64,000 bases of DNA from Pseudobdellovibrionaceae bacterium (GCA_019637915.1 JAHBUV010000001.1:898565-962564); one strand, 5' to 3'. Shown: positions 10,025-18,842, counted from the first letter of the stretch. Notes: a model not told the origin generated them from the letters alone. Program-made: numbers and translations.

Positions 10025-10035
10025 AGGAGGCATTT

Positions 10036-11004
10036 TTGGAAGCCTTGGACATCATCCCGGCCAACGCGCCTTTTCCCCACATGGAATGGATCCCCGGCGG
10101 GACCTTCCTCATGGGCTCGAATCATCATTATCCCGAGGAAGCCCCCGCTCACCGCGTGAGGGTCGACGGCTTCTGGATGGACAAAACCCCGGTCACCAAC
10201 GCCGACTTCGCGCGCTTCGTGCAAGCCACGGGCTACGTCACCTTCTGCGAGAAGCCCATCGAGGCCTCTCACTACCCGGGCGCGCGCCCGGAGATGCTGC
10301 AACCGGCCTCCGTGGTGTTCGTCGCCCCGCCCGGCCCCGTGGACCTGCGCGATCCCCACCAATGGTGGCACTTCATCCCGGGAGCGAACTGGCGGCAGCC
10401 GCAAGGGCCCGGCAGCTCCATCGAACAGCGCCTGGATCATCCCGTCGTGCATGTGTCTTTCGCCGACGTGCAGGCCTACCTGAAATGGACCAGCAAAAAA
10501 CTCCCCACGGAGGCCGAGTGGGAGTACGCCGCCCGCGGCGGGCATGAGGCGCGGGAATTCTCCTGGGGAGACGAGCTGGAACCCGCCGGGCGACAGCTCG
10601 CCAACGTCTGGCAGGGGCAATTTCCCTGGCAGAACCTCGAAAAGGACGGCTTCCACGGCACCTCCCCCGTCGGCGCGTTCCCCGCCAATGATTACGGTCT
10701 GCTCGACATGATCGGCAATGTCTGGGAGTGGACGGCGGACTGGTACGCCCCCCGGCATCCTGAGGAAAAACAAAAAGCCTGCTGCATCCCGAAAAACCCC
10801 CGCGGCCCGCAGGAGTCGGAAAGCCATGATCCGCGGGTTCCACTCAAGATCCCGCGCAAAGTGATGAAAGGCGGCTCCCACCTGTGCGCGCCGAACTACT
10901 GCCGACGTTACCGGCCCGCCGCGCGCATGGCGCAACCGGTGGATACCTCCACCTCTCACCTGGGTTTTCGCGGCGTCGTGCGCGGCGAACGGAGCCTTGA
11001 GTGA
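10036..11004 (+). CDS. formylglycine-generating enzyme (FGE/SUMF1 family)
   Basis: A TTG start lies 5 nt after GAAGGAGG. 'MEWIPGGTFLMGS...APAHRV.VDGFWMDKTPVTNADF' is present, along with the active-site pair 'GGSHLCAPNYCRRYRPAAR'. Confidence 0.85.
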   Translation: MEALDIIPANAPFPHMEWIPGGTFLMGSNHHYPEEAPAHRVRVDGFWMDKTPVTNADFARFVQATGYVTFCEKPIEASHYPGARPEMLQPASVVFVAPPGPVDLRDPHQWWHFIPGANWRQPQGPGSSIEQRLDHPVVHVSFADVQAYLKWTSKKLPTEAEWEYAARGGHEAREFSWGDELEPAGRQLANVWQGQFPWQNLEKDGFHGTSPVGAFPANDYGLLDMIGNVWEWTADWYAPRHPEEKQKACCIPKNPRGPQESESHDPRVPLKIPRKVMKGGSHLCAPNYCRRYRPAARMAQPVDTSTSHLGFRGVVRGERSLE

Positions 11005-11363
11005 AAGAGCTCTTCAAGGAATTCGCCGACAACGCCGCGCTTTTCCTGGAGGCCGTGGCCGTCATCCTGATCATGATCGGGGCCTTCTCCGCCTTGGGAC
11101 AGATGCTGGCTCCCTGGTTGCGGAGACAAAAAGTGCCGGGCCTGCGGCGCACGGCCTGGCTCGGATTCGCCCGCTGGCTGCTCCTCGGTCTGGAATTCAC
11201 CCTGGCCGCGGACATCGTGCGCACGGCCATCGCACCCACCTGGGATTCCATCGGCCAACTGGCCGCCATCGCCCTTATCCGCACTTTCCTGAATTACTTT
11301 TTGGAACGCGATCTCGAGACCGCCGACCGCGACAAGCTCCTCCCCAAAGAAAGGATGGCCTGA
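11001..11363 (+). CDS. DUF1622 family membrane protein
   Basis: The GTG start overlaps the FGE stop (GTGA). 'LLGLEFTLAADIVRT...IALIRTFLNYFLERD' matches DUF1622. Confidence 0.7.
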   Translation: MKELFKEFADNAALFLEAVAVILIMIGAFSALGQMLAPWLRRQKVPGLRRTAWLGFARWLLLGLEFTLAADIVRTAIAPTWDSIGQLAAIALIRTFLNYFLERDLETADRDKLLPKERMA

Positions 11364-11364
11364 C

Positions 11365-11886
11365 ATGGAATTCGACCCCACCCATGAACGACCGGACCCG
11401 GAAAAGATCGTCCACGGCCGCACCGGCGACGCGGCCTCCACCACGCTGTCGGAATTCCGCACGGGATTGTCGGAACATCGAACGGATCTCTCCGAGCACC
11501 GCACGGGCCTCTCGGAACACCGCACGCAGCTGTCCGATATCCGCTCCCACCTCTCGAACGAGAGAACACATCTGTCGTACCTGCGCACCGGGATCTCGCT
11601 GATCAGCTTCGGTATCACGCTCAACCGCTTCAGCCTGTTCCTGATCCAGGAGAACCTCTCGAGCCAGGTCGGGCACACCCTGTTCCTGCACGATGCGAAG
11701 AACGTCGGTTTCGGCATGGTGGTTCTGGGGAGCCTCCTGCTCTTCTGGTCGATGATCCGCTTCGTGCGCACCACCAAGGCCATCGACGAATTGAGATTCC
11801 AACCCTCCAAATGGTCGATCCTGGGCTTCACCACCGTCGTGGCGGTGATGGGCACGATCGCCACCATCTGGCTGTTCCGCAGCTGA
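11365..11886 (+). CDS. DUF202 (YidH-like) membrane protein with N-terminal heptad repeat array
   Basis: It starts 1 nt after the previous stop. The 'NERTHLSYLRTGISLISFG' DUF202 motif is followed by TM helices and preceded by 6 further LSxxR(T/S)x heptads. Confidence 0.7.
   Translation: MEFDPTHERPDPEKIVHGRTGDAASTTLSEFRTGLSEHRTDLSEHRTGLSEHRTQLSDIRSHLSNERTHLSYLRTGISLISFGITLNRFSLFLIQENLSSQVGHTLFLHDAKNVGFGMVVLGSLLLFWSMIRFVRTTKAIDELRFQPSKWSILGFTTVVAVMGTIATIWLFRS
11446..11592 (+). repeat. 7 x 21-bp in-frame tandem repeat (LSEFRTG LSEHRTD LSEHRTG LSEHRTQ LSDIRSH LSNERTH LSYLRTG)
   Basis: I read this directly from the sequence. The 21-nt periodicity is in phase with the CDS that begins at 11365. Confidence 0.85.
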
Positions 11887-11896
11887 AGGAGACCCC

Positions 11897-12505
11897 ATGT
11901 CCGAAAACTACATCGCTTCCGCCGCGCAGATTTTCACTCTGTTCTTCGTGATGCTGGGGCCCCTGAAAATGCTCGGCCCCTTCGCCAAAGCCAGCCAGTC
12001 CTTGAGCGAAGCGGAGATCAGAAAAACCGCTTGGCGCAGCACGGGGCTCGCCACTCTCGCGGCCATCACGGGCGGCTTCGTGGGCAGCTTCCTGCTGGGC
12101 AAGTGGGGCATCCCCGTGACGACGCTGGAGCTGACCGGCGGGATCATTTTCCTGATCGCCGCCTTGCTGATCATTTTCCGCCCGCCGGCCGCCGCCTCCA
12201 GCGAACCCGCGCCGCCGGCGAAACCTCCGACCGTGGCCTTTTCCATGATCATCACGACCTACGGCATGGCGGTCGTCATCATGCTTCTGTCCTTGAGCCA
12301 GAGCCCGCAGAGAACCCTCCTGGTTCTGGGGCTTCTGCTTCTGGTGATGCTCCTCAACCTGCTGTCCATGATGAACATCCGGCGGTTGACGGGACCGGCG
12401 GGCGCGCTGGCCATGGGCGCCCTCGGCACGGCCCTCAGCGTTTTGCAGGTGGCGCTGGCTTTGCAGATGATCCTGATGGCCTGGCAGGCGGGAAAACCGT
12501 TTTGA
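11897..12505 (+). CDS. MarC/UPF0056 family membrane protein
   Basis: The SD is AAGGAGA. 'FTLFFVMLGPLKMLGPF' is a MarC-type N-terminus, and the protein is polytopic. Confidence 0.75.
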   Translation: MSENYIASAAQIFTLFFVMLGPLKMLGPFAKASQSLSEAEIRKTAWRSTGLATLAAITGGFVGSFLLGKWGIPVTTLELTGGIIFLIAALLIIFRPPAAASSEPAPPAKPPTVAFSMIITTYGMAVVIMLLSLSQSPQRTLLVLGLLLLVMLLNLLSMMNIRRLTGPAGALAMGALGTALSVLQVALALQMILMAWQAGKPF

Positions 12506-13469
12506 AGTCCTCTTTGAAGCTCACGAGCACCCAATTCCTCCTGAGGGCTTCATCCATGGCCGTGCTCAAACGGCCGTTCGACGTGTCACGATCATAGGCG
12601 TACTCACGAACGCCGTCATCATGATGCAGGAGCAGCTGCAAGCTGGGTCTCGTTTGCGACGCCGAATGCTCGAGCATCTGTTGATCGCCATTGGAGTTGC
12701 CGAACGCCAGCAAGGGATGTCGCCCGATCTGCAAATCGATGTTCACGGGTTTTCCCGGTCCGTCATTGATGGAGGAGATTTCCTCCTGGCGGTTCAAAAC
12801 CGCATCCAGATCAGGCTTCAACTGATAGACGGTTTTCATCGAGGTGCCGATCACCTGCTCCGGGGGGACGCCGTAGACCTCTTCCGCGAAAGCCCGCATG
12901 AACTCCACCTCGCCGCCGGAAACGATGTAGGTCTTGAAACCCTTGGAGCGCAGGAATCTCAAAAGTTCCAGCTGAGGCTGATAAACGCACTCCGTGTAGA
13001 GCTTTTGATAACGGGGGTGTTTCGCCGTCTTGAGCCAAACCCTGGCGATCTCGCGGAACTCGCCGGACGTCATGCCGCCATGGGTGGCCCCGAGCAAAAT
13101 CGCGAAGTCCCGCAGCGTGAATCGCGACATCGCGGCGCGATCATCGTTCAGCACGGCCTGAAACGGCGGTTTCTGCGCCCACTCGGGATGCCGGGGGGCC
13201 AGGGCGCGGACGCGATCAAAGGTGAACACAATCTCGGTGGGCACCGGATGCTCGACCCACAAGGTGCCGTCATTGTCGAAAACGGCGATGCGCTCACTCT
13301 CCGCCACGTAGTGGTCTTCCGTCGGCGTCGACACGGACTCCACGAACCTCACCAGGCGGTCTTTGCGAGAGCCCGCCGCCCACGATGGCAAAGGGTCCGT
13401 CGCCGCGCCGGCCAGAAGGGAAAAGACCAAAACACTGAGAAACAAAATGGAACAAACTCGTTGTTTCAT
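12435..13469 (-). CDS. secreted HAD-superfamily hydrolase (phosphatase-like)
   Basis: The signal peptide is MKQRVCSILFLSVLVFSLLAGAA. HAD motif I is 'VFDNDGTLW', and 'AFGNSNGDQQML' is motif IV-like. The 3' tail overlaps convergent marC by about 70 nt. Confidence 0.75.
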   Translation of the reverse strand: MKQRVCSILFLSVLVFSLLAGAATDPLPSWAAGSRKDRLVRFVESVSTPTEDHYVAESERIAVFDNDGTLWVEHPVPTEIVFTFDRVRALAPRHPEWAQKPPFQAVLNDDRAAMSRFTLRDFAILLGATHGGMTSGEFREIARVWLKTAKHPRYQKLYTECVYQPQLELLRFLRSKGFKTYIVSGGEVEFMRAFAEEVYGVPPEQVIGTSMKTVYQLKPDLDAVLNRQEEISSINDGPGKPVNIDLQIGRHPLLAFGNSNGDQQMLEHSASQTRPSLQLLLHHDDGVREYAYDRDTSNGRLSTAMDEALRRNWVLVSFKEDFKTVFPPARPSGSSAKPAPPAKR

Positions 13470-13519
13470 GAAAATCACCCCGGCCTCTGAAAAGGCCGGG
13501 GTCTCCGTCATTCAATGGG

Positions 13520-15235
13520 TCAATGGCGAACCGTGCTCGCGGGCTCCTGGGCTTTGGCTTTCGGCGGCGGGGCGGCCGCCGTCTTGCCATCCCCCTCCGG
13601 GCGTTTCTCCGCCTTCGGAACGGGCGCGTCCGCACTGTACTTGTAGCCGGCGGCTTCCGTCATCTTTTCCATCGCCTGATCGATGGTGAAGGTGGCCGGC
13701 CTTTGCAGCGGCGGGAACTCCTTGAAAGTCTCCAGGAACCTGCTGACCAGGCTTTGAGCGGCCATGAGCATATAGGCTTTGCTCATGTACCAGTCCCAAT
13801 AGGTGTTGGAGGTCGTGTCCGCCCGCTCGTAAGGATCCGTGCGCAGGTTGAAGATCTTCGGGATGCGCAGAGGGGTGAAGGGCTCGGCCCAGATCTGCAA
13901 GGTGCCCCGGCAGCGCTGTTCCATGAAAACGGCTTTCCAGTTCTTGAAGCGCAAGGCCACCAGGTCGCCGTCATCGCTGAAGTAAATGAAACCGTCGCGG
14001 GGACTCTTCTTTTCCTCCCCCGTCAGGTAAGGCAGCAGGTTGAAACCGTCGATGTGAACCTTGTAATCGACGCCGTTCACCGCCTGTCCCTTGATCAACT
14101 TCTCCGTGATCTGCGGATCGCCAGCCGCGGCCACGAAGGTGGGCATCCAGTCATGGTGCTGCACGATCTCGTTGGAGACGCTGCCCGCGGCGATGCGGCC
14201 CGGCCAACGGACCAGCAGGGGCACGCGGAAGGCACCCTCCCAATTGGTGTCTTTCTCGCTGCGGAAAGGCGTCATCGCCCCGTCCGGCCAGCTGTTCATG
14301 TGCGGGCCGTTGTCGGTGGAATACATGACAATGGTGTCCTCGTTGATGCCGAGCTGATCGAGAAGGTCGAGCAGTTCACCGACGTTTTTATCGTGATCGA
14401 TCATCGTGTCATGGTAGGGTGATTGTCCCTCGCCCGCCTGGCCAAGGCTCTCCGGCTTGGTGTGCGTGCGCAAATGCATGTGCGTGGTGTTCATCCAGCA
14501 GAACCAGGGTGTTCCCGCGTCGTGCTGGCGCGTGATCCAGTCTTTCGCGGCCGCCACGAATTCGTCATCGCAGGTCTCCATGCGCTTGCGGGTGAGAGGT
14601 CCCGTGTCTTCGATTTTCTGTTTGCCGACCCGCCCCCAGCGCTCCTCCACGGTGTCGTCGTCCTCCTCCGTGGCCCAGCAATGCAGGACTCCGCGGGGGC
14701 CGAAACGGGCTTTGAACTGGGGGTACTCCTTCTCGTTCGGATAGTCCGGATCCTCCGGGTCCTCCTCGGCGTTCAAGTGGTAAAGATTCCCGAAGAATTC
14801 ATCGAAGCCGTGCACGGTCGGCAGGAACTCGTTGCGGTCGCCCAAATGATTCTTGCCGAATTGCCCGGTCGCATAGCCCTGGCCCTTCAACAGGGTCGCG
14901 ATGGTCGGCGTGTCGGCCCGGATGCCGATCGGAGCGCCGGGAATGCCTACCTTCGTGAGCCCGGTGCGGTAACCGCTTTGCCCGGTGATGAAAGAGGCGC
15001 GGCCCGCCGTGCAGCTTTGTTCGCCGTAGGAATCCGTGAACATCATGCCCTCGGCGGCCAGCCGGTCGATGTTCGGGGTTTTGTAGCCCATCAAACCGCG
15101 GCTGTAGCAACTCAGGTTGGAGATGCCGATGTCATCCCCCCAGATCACCAGGATGTTGGGCTGTTTGGCCGCTCCGTTGCCGCGGCTCTGTTTCGTTTGT
15201 TCGCGGTCCGGGCGGCTTTCTTTTTTTTCTGCCAT
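13520..15235 (-). CDS. arylsulfatase (formylglycine-dependent)
   Basis: 'PNILVIWGDDIG' and the sulfatase signature 'SCTAGRASFITGQ' (C-x-A-x-R) are present. I placed the start at MAEKKE. No signal peptide is evident. Confidence 0.9.
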   Translation of the reverse strand: MAEKKESRPDREQTKQSRGNGAAKQPNILVIWGDDIGISNLSCYSRGLMGYKTPNIDRLAAEGMMFTDSYGEQSCTAGRASFITGQSGYRTGLTKVGIPGAPIGIRADTPTIATLLKGQGYATGQFGKNHLGDRNEFLPTVHGFDEFFGNLYHLNAEEDPEDPDYPNEKEYPQFKARFGPRGVLHCWATEEDDDTVEERWGRVGKQKIEDTGPLTRKRMETCDDEFVAAAKDWITRQHDAGTPWFCWMNTTHMHLRTHTKPESLGQAGEGQSPYHDTMIDHDKNVGELLDLLDQLGINEDTIVMYSTDNGPHMNSWPDGAMTPFRSEKDTNWEGAFRVPLLVRWPGRIAAGSVSNEIVQHHDWMPTFVAAAGDPQITEKLIKGQAVNGVDYKVHIDGFNLLPYLTGEEKKSPRDGFIYFSDDGDLVALRFKNWKAVFMEQRCRGTLQIWAEPFTPLRIPKIFNLRTDPYERADTTSNTYWDWYMSKAYMLMAAQSLVSRFLETFKEFPPLQRPATFTIDQAMEKMTEAAGYKYSADAPVPKAEKRPEGDGKTAAAPPPKAKAQEPASTVRH

Positions 15236-15500
15236 AAACAATATCCTTTCAAGGATGGAGAGATTCGCTTCTTCGGTTTCTAAAGAAACCTCGTTTTTGG
15301 AAGCGTGTTTCGACCGCTTGAATGTGACCAGTGATGATTTCACCAAGCCCCCGTTTCCTTTCGCGGTCCAGTGGGACCGGGGAAAAACGGGCCGGAATCC
15401 TGTCACCCGGCACTTACTTATTATTTTCACTGACGGAGCGTGACATCTTACCTAGAATTCACACATTCACCGGACAACGACCGCAACCAAGGAAGGCAAG

Positions 15501-16514
15501 ATGGCAACGTTTCAAAAACCCAAGATCAATCCCCTCAGCCGGCAACCCAAGACCCAGCGCCTCGTGATGGCCGTGCGGGGCGGGGCCGGCGTCGGCAAAA
15601 GTCATTTCGTGCGCAGCATGGCGGACAGCGGCCTCGGGCGCCTGTGCATCTTCGACACGGAACGCAAGTCGCGCCTCCTTCCCGGCGTCGGCACCCTGTT
15701 CGACGGCCTGGAGGTCGAACGCCCCGACGAGCTGCCCGAGTTCATCGATTGGGCCCTGGCCGGGGAAGGCCGCGAGCAAAACTACGGCTGTTTCGCCCTC
15801 GACTCCTGGGCCGCTTACTTCGGCGCCAAGCACAGCGAGATGATCACCGCCGTGCGCGAGCGCACCGGCAATCCCCTGTCGCAGCCGACGGCGGAGGAAC
15901 TCGCCGCGGACCAGATGATCCTGCAGGGCGTTTTGCGACGCCTGTGCATGGAGAGCGGCAAATCCGTCGTCATCGTCGACCAGATCCCCGCCAAAGGGAA
16001 GGAGTCGAAGGAGGACAACGAGGTCGGGCGCGTCCTGCCGATGACGGCGAGCGGTCTCGAGTATTTCGTCGACGTCATGGTCGAGGTGTCCCTGCAGGAA
16101 CGCGGCGGCGAGATCGTGCGCGTCTTTCAGGTGGTGAAAAGCAACAGCCCGGCCTTTGAAGTCGGCTTCGAGCTCACCGGCGACGTGGTCTTCAAGGATT
16201 TCCTCAGCCATCTGGCGGCTTTTTCGGGCGCCGATGTGTCGGCGTCGCGGGCGAAGGCGGAAAAAGAGTCCCCCACTCTGCCGCCGGAACCCGCGGCGTT
16301 CTCCGACGAGGAGCTGTCCGATGATCTGCTGCTGGACGAGTTGATCGCCAAGGCCACGGCCAACGGTTTCAAGCCGTCCGATCTGGTGACGGCGGCCCGG
16401 GTGTACCACAATCAGCCGAACATCCATTGGCTGACCGCGGATCAGATCCGCGATCTGGATCGCCGCCTGACGACGAAGATCCAGAACCGGCATCCAAAAT
16501 GTGAAAGGCACTGA
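15501..16514 (+). CDS. RecA-fold P-loop ATPase (AAA_24/Sak4-like), orphan
   Basis: The Walker A motif is 'VRGGAGVGKSHF', followed by 'IFDTE' and Walker-B-like 'CFALDSW' and 'VVIVDQ'. The order and spacing resemble phage Sak4-type ATPases. This is a tentative family call. Confidence 0.6.
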   Translation: MATFQKPKINPLSRQPKTQRLVMAVRGGAGVGKSHFVRSMADSGLGRLCIFDTERKSRLLPGVGTLFDGLEVERPDELPEFIDWALAGEGREQNYGCFALDSWAAYFGAKHSEMITAVRERTGNPLSQPTAEELAADQMILQGVLRRLCMESGKSVVIVDQIPAKGKESKEDNEVGRVLPMTASGLEYFVDVMVEVSLQERGGEIVRVFQVVKSNSPAFEVGFELTGDVVFKDFLSHLAAFSGADVSASRAKAEKESPTLPPEPAAFSDEELSDDLLLDELIAKATANGFKPSDLVTAARVYHNQPNIHWLTADQIRDLDRRLTTKIQNRHPKCERH

Positions 16515-16785
16515 GTTGAACCCAGTGCCTTTCGGTAAGAGATGGAATCGTCGATTACTAGGAACCGGATTTTTCTCTTACCTGAAAGTCACTTTAAACG
16601 GGTGAGATGAAGCCGGGATGAAGGACCCGTGAAGAGAACGGGATCCTTGATTTTTGTTTTTGTCGCTGATCACCCCGATTTCGGGGCATTTTGACATTCT
16701 CCCCGCTGAATTCGCGATGAAATGCGATCCATCGCGCGCATTTGGTGGCTCCCTCCTTGCTTTGAGGTCCAGGTGGAGGTGCCGC

Positions 16786-18732
16786 ATGAATCAAATTTTC
16801 CAGGATCGCCGTGAAGCCGGACGTCAATTGGCGCTGAAACTGCCTCTCAGCGAAGCCGAGAAAGACAGCACCCTCTTTCTCGCCCTGCCCCGCGGGGGCG
16901 TGCCCATCGCTTTTGAAATCTCGCGCGAGACCGGCCTGCCTTTTGACGTTCTGATCGTCAGCAAGATCGGTCACCCCTTGCACCCCGAGTACGGCATCGG
17001 GGCCGTCACGGAAGGCGGTTTTCATTGGATCGATCCCCGCGCCATCGGTCTGGCGGACATTCCCGCCGAGGAATTGCACTCGCTGATCGAGCAGGAGAAA
17101 AAAGAGGTGGCGCGCCGGATCCAGGAGTACCGGCCGCATCGCGCCCTCCCCGATTTCCGGGACAAAAACATCATTCTGGTCGATGACGGGATCGCGACGG
17201 GCGTCACCGCCCGCGTGGCGGCCCAATATGTCCGCTCGCAAGGGGCCAAGTCCGTGAAGCTCGCGGTGCCCGTCTGCGCCGCGGAGACCGCCCGGAAACT
17301 TCAAGGGGATCTGGACGAGGTCATCTGCTTCCATCAGTCCGAGAACTTCTCCGCCGTGAGTTTGTTCTTCCATGATTTCAGGCAACTCGGCGATCAGGAG
17401 GTGCTCGATCTGCTGTGCAATTCCCGGCGCGATGAGGGGACTTTGCTCCGTCACGCCACCGCCCACGCCGTGCCTTTGCGGGAAACGCGGGATCTGCGCC
17501 CGCTGATCGAGAAAATCGCCGGTTCCCGCATCGTCATGCTGGGCGAGGCCAGCCACGGCACCCAGGAGTTTTACGAATGGCGGCGCTTGATCTCCCAGGA
17601 GCTGATCGCGGAACACGGCTTTCACTTCATCGCCGTCGAGGGCGATTGGCCGGCTTGCGCGCACGTGCATCGCTTCATCCGGGGCGAGACCCGGGAAAAA
17701 TCGGCGCGCGAGGCCCTCCAGAATTTCCGCCGCTGGCCGACCTGGATGTGGGCCAACACGGAGATGATCGCGGCCGCCGAATGGCTGCGGGAGCACAACG
17801 CCGGTCGTGAAGGGACCCCCGTGGGCTTTCACGGCCTGGACGTCTACTCCCTCTTCGAATCCATCGACGAGGTTTTGCGGCAGTTGCGGGAAATCGATCC
17901 CGCGATGGCGCGCCGGGCGCGCTTGCGCTACGAGTGCTTCGAGCCTTTCCGCCGCGATGAAAAAGCCTACGCCAAGTCCCTGGTGCATTTCCCGGAAGGC
18001 TGCGAAAGACAGGTCCTCGAATCCCTGCAGGAGCTCCTGGCCACCCGCCTGGAAGGCCTGCGCGCCGACCGCCTGCTGGACCTGCAGCAGAACGCCCGCA
18101 TCGTGAAAAACGCCGAGGATTACTACCGCACCATGATCCATGGCGATGAGGACTCCTGGAACGTGCGCGACCGCCACATGATGGAAACCCTCGACCAGCT
18201 GCTGAAGCACTACGGTCCGGGGAGCAAAGCCATCGTGTGGGCCCACAACACCCACATCGGCGACCACCGCGCCACCGAAATGCAGCAGCAGGGGCTGGTC
18301 AACATCGGCGGCCTGGCCCGCGAGAAATGGGGCGAGGACCAGGTGTCGTTGGTGGGCTTCAGCACCTACGAGGGGGAAGTCATCGCCTCGCCGGCCTGGG
18401 ACGGGCCCGTGGAGATCACCCCGGTTCCCCCCGGCCGGCCGCTCAGCTACGAGGAGATTTTCCAGGATGTGTCCCGCCGGATCGCCGCGCCGGATTTCTT
18501 TTTGTGGTTGAAGGAGGAGCCTTTGCGCAAAGTCTTCCGGCAGACCAGGGGTCACCGCGCCATCGGCGTCGTCTACAACCCGGCCTATGAGCGCCACGGC
18601 AACTACGTGCCCAGCGCGCTCTCGGATCGCTACGACGCCCTGCTGTTTTTCTCGAAAACCCGCGCCCTCACGCCGCTGCGGCAGGAATTCTCGCGTTCGG
18701 AAATCCCGGAGACCTGGCCGCGGGGGACGTGA
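16786..18732 (+). CDS. phosphoribosyltransferase-domain / erythromycin-esterase-like (EreA/ChaN superfamily) fusion protein
   Basis: The SD is GGTGGAGG. The N-terminal domain has 'LALPRGGVPIAFEI...IILVDDGIATGVT' (PRT motif). The C-terminal domain has 'MLGEASHGTQEFY...FIAVEGDWP...VWAHNTHIGD', typical of erythromycin esterase. Confidence 0.8.
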   Translation: MNQIFQDRREAGRQLALKLPLSEAEKDSTLFLALPRGGVPIAFEISRETGLPFDVLIVSKIGHPLHPEYGIGAVTEGGFHWIDPRAIGLADIPAEELHSLIEQEKKEVARRIQEYRPHRALPDFRDKNIILVDDGIATGVTARVAAQYVRSQGAKSVKLAVPVCAAETARKLQGDLDEVICFHQSENFSAVSLFFHDFRQLGDQEVLDLLCNSRRDEGTLLRHATAHAVPLRETRDLRPLIEKIAGSRIVMLGEASHGTQEFYEWRRLISQELIAEHGFHFIAVEGDWPACAHVHRFIRGETREKSAREALQNFRRWPTWMWANTEMIAAAEWLREHNAGREGTPVGFHGLDVYSLFESIDEVLRQLREIDPAMARRARLRYECFEPFRRDEKAYAKSLVHFPEGCERQVLESLQELLATRLEGLRADRLLDLQQNARIVKNAEDYYRTMIHGDEDSWNVRDRHMMETLDQLLKHYGPGSKAIVWAHNTHIGDHRATEMQQQGLVNIGGLAREKWGEDQVSLVGFSTYEGEVIASPAWDGPVEITPVPPGRPLSYEEIFQDVSRRIAAPDFFLWLKEEPLRKVFRQTRGHRAIGVVYNPAYERHGNYVPSALSDRYDALLFFSKTRALTPLRQEFSRSEIPETWPRGT

Positions 18733-18842
18733 AGCCTCTTTTGTCTTTTTTTTGTCAGGAAGACCGGCGTCGATTGTTTGATTTCGGTTGGGACGGGATC
18801 GGACATGTGACAAGCCCGGTCTTTTTCTTTGAACTTGGAAGC

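Noticed and set aside
9286-11004. 572-aa ORF read as one protein.
   Set aside because: Only the last ~320 codons (from TTG at 10036, preceded by GAAGGAGG) match FGE. The upstream part is Pro/Arg-rich junk and overlaps the well-supported 9293-10024 gene in another frame.
16594-18813. 739-aa minus-strand ORF, and the similar long antisense ORFs 25566-27356, 27913-29430, 29871-31091, 40134-41687, 42761-44314, 44485-46032 and 46403-48133.
   Set aside because: Each is antisense to a gene with clear family motifs (PRT/EreA, ABC transporters, Cls, M14, HEAT, ENPP, TerC). Each has the characteristic Arg/Gly/Asp/His-rich antisense composition.
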